A DNA stretch of 12,945 nucleotides, from positions 1-12,945 of the forward strand of contig CAZBPC010000092.1 in assembly GCA_964493715.1 (NCBI GenBank), in the 5' to 3' direction. The notes beneath the pieces are model-generated. The model saw nothing but the letters and a program-made list of their open reading frames with translations, was not told the origin of the DNA and searched no databases. The DNA is from an uncultured archaeon (GTDB lineage: Archaea > Asgardarchaeota > Lokiarchaeia > Sigyniarchaeales > SOKP01). Positions within the stretch are counted from its first letter, which is position 1, and each line of letters starts with the position of its first letter. This document shows positions 1 to 6,138 of the stretch, in pieces. A program made the translations under genes and the position numbers.

Positions 1-144
1 CTTTTAGCTATTGAAGCGGAAGCCCTTCCATCTTTAGAAGATCAGTTACCCCCTTTAGGCACGCCAAATGTACTTTTGGGTGTTGAAGACGCAGCACTTA
101 CTTCCTTAGAATCACAACTGCCCGTTCTGACAACTCCTGTTGTC
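1..144 (+). repeat. 24-aa (72 bp) tandem repeat inside the glycoprotein CDS
   Basis: LLAIEAEALPSLEDQLPPLGTPNV (1-72) and LLGVEDAALTSLESQLPVLTTPVV (73-144), followed by a partial third unit LDGLKEEAVAALP. Confidence 0.75.
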
Positions 145-1902
145 TTAGATGGTCTCAAAGAAGAGGCAGTAGCAGCATTACCGGCGATAATCAACGGTTC
201 AGGAGCAGCTATAGCAATAAATCAAACAATAGATGGTATTGCTGGTTACATTGGTTATCCTGCTGCTAAGGAACAATTCTTTAATAGCCCTTCGTTTCAA
301 GCAGATTTTGGATATGTTACGCCCCAAGGGGTTTCAGACTATTATGATACGCTAATGGGTGATCTTGATACGATAAATCTTGGATATACCGTCACAGCTC
401 AAAATAATTTATTGTATGGCGTGGGTCCTTTACCAGGATTAATAACCGATCTTGATTTAGGGATGGGTCTTTTGGGTTACATGCAAATCTACGTTGAAGT
501 GGTATTAGGTGACCAGTCGCTTAATGCAACCATGCAATCCCTTTACAATGCTACATGGACTCAACTTGAATATCTTGCGGGTTATATAAATAACTATCTA
601 TGGGATGCCGTGGTTAAATCAACTTATTCACCGCCATTTACCATAGAACAGTATGCTGAATTAGTATTTTACTCTCAATGGGCTAATGGCACGATTGTGG
701 ATGATGGAATTGATTTAAGTCTCTTCAAGGATACACTACCAGCAGATACTAAAGGTCTTGAAGCTGGTGTTCCAAATCCCACGAACATTACGGTACCCAT
801 ATGCATGAATCTTTGGGATGTCTCAAATCCATTATCATTTGTAAATGATAGTGGGATTTTAGTATGGGTTGGTGCAATGCAAGGAAATGCAACCCTCCAA
901 GGTTATTTAATCGGAGCATTTTCACTCAATGGAGCTCAATTAACCATACTACTTGGTTGGCTTGGGAATTTTTTAACTAATCTCGTGCCACTTTTACTAT
1001 TTGACGAAACAGGGTATACTGTACCAGAATTAGCACAACTCGCATTCTATGAACAATGGGCTAATGGGACAATACAAGGAGCAGCTATTTTACCTGATGG
1101 ATTTTTAAATGAACTTAGTTCTTCCTTTGCGGGTGCTCCATATTTCGAAGTTGGGTTACCAAGTGCTAGTGGACTTTCACTTGTTGAAACTATGAATTTA
1201 TGGAATGAAGCGAATGCTTACGCTTTTGTTAATATGGATGGTATTTTAGTCTGGCTTGGAGCACTTTCAAACACTACTCTTCAAAGTTTATTAATATCAA
1301 CATTTGGCATATCTGCAGGTGAATTAACAATGCTTCTGACCTGGTTGGGTTCTTTTCTCACAGTGCGAGTTCCACAACTTATTGAGTATGAAACAGGATA
1401 TACTGTACCAGAACTTGCTCAAATTTCATTTTATGAACAATGGGCTAACGGCACTATTCAGGGCCTAAGTATATTACCTGATGGATTTTTAAGTCAACGT
1501 GATCCACCTATTTTAGGGCCTCCCTACTTCGAAGTAAGCTTAACAACAGGTTCAACAGGATTAACAGTTTCACAATGTGACGCACTTTGGAACGAAGCAA
1601 GCGAGTATTCACTCGTAAGTGCAAGTGGAATAAATAAGTGGTATAAAGCATCTTCATCCACTACTACGTATGAAGATTTAAGAACCCAAAATGGTGGTCT
1701 TTCTCCAATGCAAATGACCCATATTCTTGTTTGGTTAACCCCATTCAGGGATGATATCGTAAATACGTTAGCAAAAGAGGAATTATCTTTACCAATGGAG
1801 CCATATGCTCTCGGAAATGCACTCCTTATCGGTCTAGGTGCGGGAGGAGGAACATTAGCAGCTTTAGGCATAATAGTATTAATATTATCTAGGAGAAAAT
1901 AA
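1..1902 (+). CDS. Large membrane-anchored repeat glycoprotein (QWANGT repeats), 5' end outside the window
   Basis: Frame 1 is open from base 1 (LLAIEAEALPSLEDQLPPLGTPNV...), so TTG at 76 is not the true start. It has three clear ~126-128 aa repeats (FY[SE]QWANGTI...LW...GI..W...L..WL) and at least 11 N-X-S/T sequons. It ends in a hydrophobic helix (ALLIGLGAGGGTLAALGIIVLIL) followed by basic SRRK and a TAA stop. Confidence 0.85.
   Translation, partial: LLAIEAEALPSLEDQLPPLGTPNVLLGVEDAALTSLESQLPVLTTPVVLDGLKEEAVAALPAIINGSGAAIAINQTIDGIAGYIGYPAAKEQFFNSPSFQADFGYVTPQGVSDYYDTLMGDLDTINLGYTVTAQNNLLYGVGPLPGLITDLDLGMGLLGYMQIYVEVVLGDQSLNATMQSLYNATWTQLEYLAGYINNYLWDAVVKSTYSPPFTIEQYAELVFYSQWANGTIVDDGIDLSLFKDTLPADTKGLEAGVPNPTNITVPICMNLWDVSNPLSFVNDSGILVWVGAMQGNATLQGYLIGAFSLNGAQLTILLGWLGNFLTNLVPLLLFDETGYTVPELAQLAFYEQWANGTIQGAAILPDGFLNELSSSFAGAPYFEVGLPSASGLSLVETMNLWNEANAYAFVNMDGILVWLGALSNTTLQSLLISTFGISAGELTMLLTWLGSFLTVRVPQLIEYETGYTVPELAQISFYEQWANGTIQGLSILPDGFLSQRDPPILGPPYFEVSLTTGSTGLTVSQCDALWNEASEYSLVSASGINKWYKASSSTTTYEDLRTQNGGLSPMQMTHILVWLTPFRDDIVNTLAKEELSLPMEPYALGNALLIGLGAGGGTLAALGIIVLILSRRK
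667..1780 (+). repeat. Three ~380 bp intragenic repeat units (QWANGT domain repeat)
   Basis: The Gln codons of QWANGT are at 676, 1054 and 1438 (spacing 378 and 384 bp). Units 2 and 3 share near-identical DNA around ETGYTVPELAQ..FYEQWANGTIQG..ILPDGFL. The end of the last unit is approximate. Confidence 0.85.
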
Positions 1903-1936
1903 AATTTCCAAAATATAATCTACATTCTAAATTTAA

Positions 1937-1954
1937 TTTTTTCTTTTCTTTTTT
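1937..1954 (+). terminator. Putative archaeal oligo-T terminator
   Basis: TTTTTTCTTTTCTTTTTT about 35 nt after the TAA at 1902. Confidence 0.5.
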
Positions 1955-2056
1955 GTATTCAAGTATTTTATTTTTTTCTATAATCCCTTAATAAGTATAG
2001 ACTATTTTATATTTAATGAAAATATTAAACCAATTATTTCTAAGGGAATTTAAGTG

Positions 2057-2641
2057 ATGGTTATATTGGCAGATATTGTGGTAAATGAAATTTTTTCCTT
2101 GATTTTGCTTCCGGCATTAATTTTTTGCGCAAGAGTGATGGATGTAACGCTTGGAACATTAAGGATAGTATTTATATCTCAAGGGAGAAAAAAATTGGCT
2201 CCAATAGTAGGATTTTTTGAAATATTAATCTGGTTAGTAGCAATGGGTCAAATTTTTTCTAATTTAACCAATTTCATTTATTATCTCGCCTATGCGGGAG
2301 GGTTTGCTATGGGAAATTACGTTGGTTTGATTGTTGAGGGAAAAATCTCATTAGGATTATTGAGCTTGCAGCTAATATTAAGAGAAAATCCTGAAAAATT
2401 AATCAATATTTTGAAGGAGCAAGGATATAGTATTACGACACAAACTGCTGAAGGACCAAATGGATTAGTCAAGATAGTACTTATAGTAATAAAGCGAAAA
2501 AACCTACGTACTATTCTAGAAGTTATTCGATCTAACAATCCTAAAGCTTTCATATCAGTAGAACAAGTAAAATCAGTAAGTGGGGGTAATTTTCCAGCGA
2601 CGAAAAGATGGGATTTATTGAAAAGAAAAAAAATAAAATAA
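2057..2641 (+). CDS. UPF0316 / DUF2179 (DUF5698) family membrane protein
   Basis: Family-typical motifs IFCARVMDVTLGTLRIVF, GFFEILIWL and YAGGFAMGNYVG in three N-terminal TM helices, then a PII-like C-terminal domain (GYSIT..AEG, NPKAFISVEQVKSVSGG). The start is ATG 2057 or GTG 2054. Confidence 0.88.
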   Translation: MVILADIVVNEIFSLILLPALIFCARVMDVTLGTLRIVFISQGRKKLAPIVGFFEILIWLVAMGQIFSNLTNFIYYLAYAGGFAMGNYVGLIVEGKISLGLLSLQLILRENPEKLINILKEQGYSITTQTAEGPNGLVKIVLIVIKRKNLRTILEVIRSNNPKAFISVEQVKSVSGGNFPATKRWDLLKRKKIK

Positions 2642-2643
2642 AA

Positions 2644-3858
2644 TCATATAAAAAGATCAGATTTATTCTGTTCGCTTTTATCTTGATTTGAAATCTTTTT
2701 AATGGCATCAAAGAAATCTTGATTTGTAATTGTATCTGAATTTCTTCTAATTGCAAGCATTCCTGCTTCAGTACAAATCCCTTTTATACTTGAGCCTGCC
2801 CCTCCTTCAGTTAGTTTGATAAAACTTTTTATATCTAAGTCTTCTTCGATATTTAGATTTCTCACATGTATTTTAAAGATTGCTTCTCTTGCAATTTCAT
2901 TAGGTAAAGGAAACTCAATTAATCGATCAAATCTTCCAGGTCTTAAAATTGCAGGATCGAGAGTGTCTATTCTGTTTGTAGCTCCAATAAATTTTACATC
3001 TCCTCGATTATCGAAACCATCTAGTTCACTCAACAGTTGCATTAACGTTCTATTTACCTCTCGATCTCCAGATGTCGCATCTTCGATTCTATTTGTACCA
3101 ATAGCATCTAATTCATCAATGAATATAATTGATGGAGCCTTGCTTTTTGCTAAACTAAAAATATCTCTTATAATACGTGCCCCTTCTCCAATAAACTTCT
3201 GGACTAATTCCGAACCAATCACTCGGATAAAAGTTGATTTTGTTTCATGAGCAACAGCTTTTGCTAATAAGGTTTTTCCCGTACCGGGGGGACCATAAAA
3301 TAATGCACCTTTTGGGGGATCGATACCAATTTTTTTAAACAATTCTGGTTTCAATAGAGGTAATTCTACAGCTTCTCTAATTTCTTGAATTTGATTATCT
3401 AATCCTCCCACATCTTCATAAGATATATCTGGGGGAGTCTCCAAGAGTTCCATTCCTTTAACATAAGGATCGATATTCGTTGGTAAAATATCAACAATAG
3501 TGAATGAACGTTGATTTAAAGCGACACTAGTTCCAGAAAATATCGAATCTCTTCTTACTTTTTGCATTGTCTTAGCAACATATTCCACATTAGTAGATGC
3601 TTTTACGATAACCCTTTCTGCGTTCTCATCCAAAACATCAATAATGGTTCCCAATAATAGGGGATTTTCAACAAGACTCTCTATTTCCTTCTTAAGTGCT
3701 CGCAGATCATCATTTATTTTTGAGATTTCAACTCTTTTAAGCTGATTATCGGTTTCGACACCTTTAATCAGATTTTCAAGATGACGAATGTATGAAGTGA
3801 GATATTCAATATTATCATCATCTTTTATCTTCCTTTCTTCATCTTCAGCAGATTGTAT
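2644..3858 (-). CDS. pan: Proteasome-activating nucleotidase (PAN, AAA+ ATPase), about 404 aa with a probable ATA start
   Basis: Walker A GPPGTGKT, pore loop KFIGEG, Walker B IIFIDE, GDREVNRTLMQLL, and SRH/Arg finger RPGRFDR. The frame stays open from TTG 3654 to 3858 and adds the coiled coil (YIRHLENLIK...ISKINDDLRALKKEIESL) and the NPLLLGTI junction to the OB fold. An in-frame TAA lies at 3859-3861. Confidence 0.93.
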   Translation of the reverse strand: MQSAEDEERKIKDDDNIEYLTSYIRHLENLIKGVETDNQLKRVEISKINDDLRALKKEIESLVENPLLLGTIIDVLDENAERVIVKASTNVEYVAKTMQKVRRDSIFSGTSVALNQRSFTIVDILPTNIDPYVKGMELLETPPDISYEDVGGLDNQIQEIREAVELPLLKPELFKKIGIDPPKGALFYGPPGTGKTLLAKAVAHETKSTFIRVIGSELVQKFIGEGARIIRDIFSLAKSKAPSIIFIDELDAIGTNRIEDATSGDREVNRTLMQLLSELDGFDNRGDVKFIGATNRIDTLDPAILRPGRFDRLIEFPLPNEIAREAIFKIHVRNLNIEEDLDIKSFIKLTEGGAGSSIKGICTEAGMLAIRRNSDTITNQDFFDAIKKISNQDKSEQNKSDLFI

Positions 3859-3865
3859 TTAAGTG

Positions 3866-3870
3866 CACCT
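3866..3870 (-). promoter_or_regulatory. SD-like ribosome-binding site (AGGTG) for pan
   Basis: The minus strand reads GAA-AGGTG-CACTTAA-ATA-CAA-TCT, with a 7 nt spacer to ATA at 3858. Confidence 0.6.
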
Positions 3871-3886
3871 TTCTTTTAAATTAAAA

Positions 3887-5800
3887 TCAATGCAATCCAA
3901 GCCGCTTTTCAGCGGTATTAAGAATTTTTTCTAACATTTCTTGATAACTGAGCCCCCCTATTTTAGCCATTTTTGCGAGATGGCCGTCCCAACACCAACC
4001 AGGATTAGGATTTACTTCAAGAAGTTTTGGATTTCCTTCCTTATCTAATCTCCAATCAAATCTAACGTAATCTCGACATCCTAACCTTTCGAATAATCTA
4101 ATAGAACAACTTTCTATCGTTTGTGTAACATGATCGGGAAGTTCTGCTCTAATTGATGTTATATTCCAATAGGGTGAATCAGGTTGCCACTTTGCTTCAT
4201 AACCACATATTTTAGGTAAATCTGGAGGGAGATTAGAATAATCTTCTTCGAGTATTGGCAGGACAAGGTAATTTTCTGGAGAATCACCAATAATTCCAAT
4301 CGTTAAATCCTTCCCGGTCAAGAATTGCTCGACCAATATAGGTTTATCGTATCCGAATTTTTCTCTGATTTCTCTGATTGCATTAAGTAATTGTTCACCA
4401 TCATTCACAACACTTCTTTGGGTTATTCCAAAGCTTGAATCTCCTAAGTTTGGCTTTACAATAGCAGGAAAGTAAAGTGGTAGATCAATCACGTTATCTT
4501 CTGGTTTGATAAAAAGGGCTTCTGCCACTGGAATATCCAATTCTTTCGCAATGCCTCGTATTAACGATTTATCATAACAAAAAGCCAGACTTTGAGGACC
4601 AGAACCAGTATAAGGTATTTTAAGAATGTCTAATAATGCTGGAACATGTAACTCTTTATTTGCCTCATTGAAATACCCTTCATCGCATAGATTCAAAACA
4701 AAATGAGTATCATTTTTAAGACCCATCAGATCCTGAACTAAAGTATCGTGATTATTCAAATATATAAAATTATATCCTTCAATATTTCTCAACGCAGCTT
4801 TTAATTGATCAATAGTGTAAAAATCATCATCATCAAATTTTCTGAAGGGTTTTAATATATCAGGTTTATTAGGGTCACCAAAGATAACAACAACTTTCTT
4901 TGTTGTTGGTTTCGGCTTCGTTTTCACTTCTGTCCATTCTTTTTTTACGTTTGCACTTACGATAATTCTTCTTTCCATCATACCTAAATCTTGGGCGCGT
5001 TTTGAATCTGGTTCAATCGTTCCGTGAATGGTGATATCACTAAAACCTGCGTTTTTTAACAAATCAGAAATCATTTCTTCAGAATACAAACGCTCAGCAT
5101 AGAATTGATCAACAAGTACACCTTTATTGGTGTGATTTATTACTTCTCGAGAAATTAATCGCTGTTTATCTAAAGATAATGACCTTTCACGACAAACAAA
5201 TAGCGTTTTATCAATCCATTCCCATGATCGTGGTTGAAAGTGAGTTTTTATATATTCACCATCAGCTAAATCGATAAATACTTTTCCCCAAGGCTTTAAA
5301 GTCCGATGTATTTCTTTTAAAACCTTTAAATCATCGGAAATGGATTCAAAATAGCCAAAACTATTACCTAAGATTAACACATAATTAAAAGTATCTGGTT
5401 TATAAGGTAAACTTCTTGCATCTCCTTCTCGAAAGCGACAGATAACTCCTTTTTTCCTTGATGCTAATCGTGATTTCTTAATTAAATATCGTGATCTATC
5501 TAAACCTTCAATATTTGTAAATCCTCTACTCGCCAATTCTATTGTGTGACGACCCTGACCACAGCATAAATCTAAAATAGAATCATCAAGTTTAATATCT
5601 AATAACTTCAAAAAATATTCGATTTCACTTGATGTAATTCTATCATCTTCAACAACATCACCATCTGTTTTTAAATAATATGCATTAAAAATTTTGTTCC
5701 ACCAATCTTCTTTTACATACTCTTCTAAATTTGAGATTGGGCCGATGCAAATAGGTTTAGTGTTAGTCTTTTCCTCAATATTTAAATTTTTATTACTCAT
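3887..5800 (-). CDS. Fusion of class I SAM-dependent methyltransferase and D-Ala-D-Ala-ligase-like ATP-grasp ligase
   Basis: The N-terminal half has ILDLCCGQGRH (motif I), GLDRS, EGDARSLP and GNSFGYF. The C-terminal half has PYTGSG, YDKS, IVKPNLGDSSFGI, LVEQFLTG, RDYVRFDWRLD and LLEVNPNPG. Confidence 0.88.
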   Translation of the reverse strand: MSNKNLNIEEKTNTKPICIGPISNLEEYVKEDWWNKIFNAYYLKTDGDVVEDDRITSSEIEYFLKLLDIKLDDSILDLCCGQGRHTIELASRGFTNIEGLDRSRYLIKKSRLASRKKGVICRFREGDARSLPYKPDTFNYVLILGNSFGYFESISDDLKVLKEIHRTLKPWGKVFIDLADGEYIKTHFQPRSWEWIDKTLFVCRERSLSLDKQRLISREVINHTNKGVLVDQFYAERLYSEEMISDLLKNAGFSDITIHGTIEPDSKRAQDLGMMERRIIVSANVKKEWTEVKTKPKPTTKKVVVIFGDPNKPDILKPFRKFDDDDFYTIDQLKAALRNIEGYNFIYLNNHDTLVQDLMGLKNDTHFVLNLCDEGYFNEANKELHVPALLDILKIPYTGSGPQSLAFCYDKSLIRGIAKELDIPVAEALFIKPEDNVIDLPLYFPAIVKPNLGDSSFGITQRSVVNDGEQLLNAIREIREKFGYDKPILVEQFLTGKDLTIGIIGDSPENYLVLPILEEDYSNLPPDLPKICGYEAKWQPDSPYWNITSIRAELPDHVTQTIESCSIRLFERLGCRDYVRFDWRLDKEGNPKLLEVNPNPGWCWDGHLAKMAKIGGLSYQEMLEKILNTAEKRLGLH

Positions 5801-6138
5801 CTTTTAATAATCAATTTGTATTGATCTTTATTTTATTTCTATAATTAAAATTATGTATTCATAAAAAGCTTGCATTAGCGATAACTTTTTTATGGTTTTT
5901 TTTCATAGTTAAGAATTTTATTTAGTAATAATAATTAATATTATTGATGTATAAATCTATTTGAATAATTAATAAGCTTTTTTATTTACTTATGTAAAGC
6001 TAAAGGAAATTAAACCAATATTTAAAAATTAATAGTTTTTCGTTTCTCATATATTTAACATCAATAATTTAACTATTAATGATTAATTATTAGAGGTTTG
6101 TTTTAACAAAATAATTTTTAAAAATAAAATATCAAGTT

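Noticed and set aside
76-78. TTG start for the glycoprotein
   Set aside because: The frame is open to base 1 and the 24-aa repeat runs straight through this codon.
1524-3250. Antisense ORFs 1524-1871, 2317-2553, 2550-2756 and 2816-3250
   Set aside because: They overlap well-supported genes (mostly antisense) and have no recognisable motifs, so they are treated as shadow ORFs.
3652-3654. TTG start for PAN as given in the ORF track
   Set aside because: It would remove the coiled coil and cut into the first OB-fold strand. The upstream frame is open and PAN-like.
3887-5800. Calling the fusion ddl (peptidoglycan D-Ala-D-Ala ligase)
   Set aside because: The D-Ala-binding motifs are altered, it is fused to a methyltransferase, and the context is archaeal with no mur genes.
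5810-5825. FNR/CRP box
   Set aside because: The arms are in the opposite order to TTGAT-N4-ATCAA, and the host appears archaeal.
5801-6138. ncRNA, CRISPR array, origin or IS end in the AT-rich intergenic region
   Set aside because: No GC-rich stems, regular direct repeats, ORB-like boxes or terminal inverted repeats are visible. TATA-like words are too frequent to assign a promoter.
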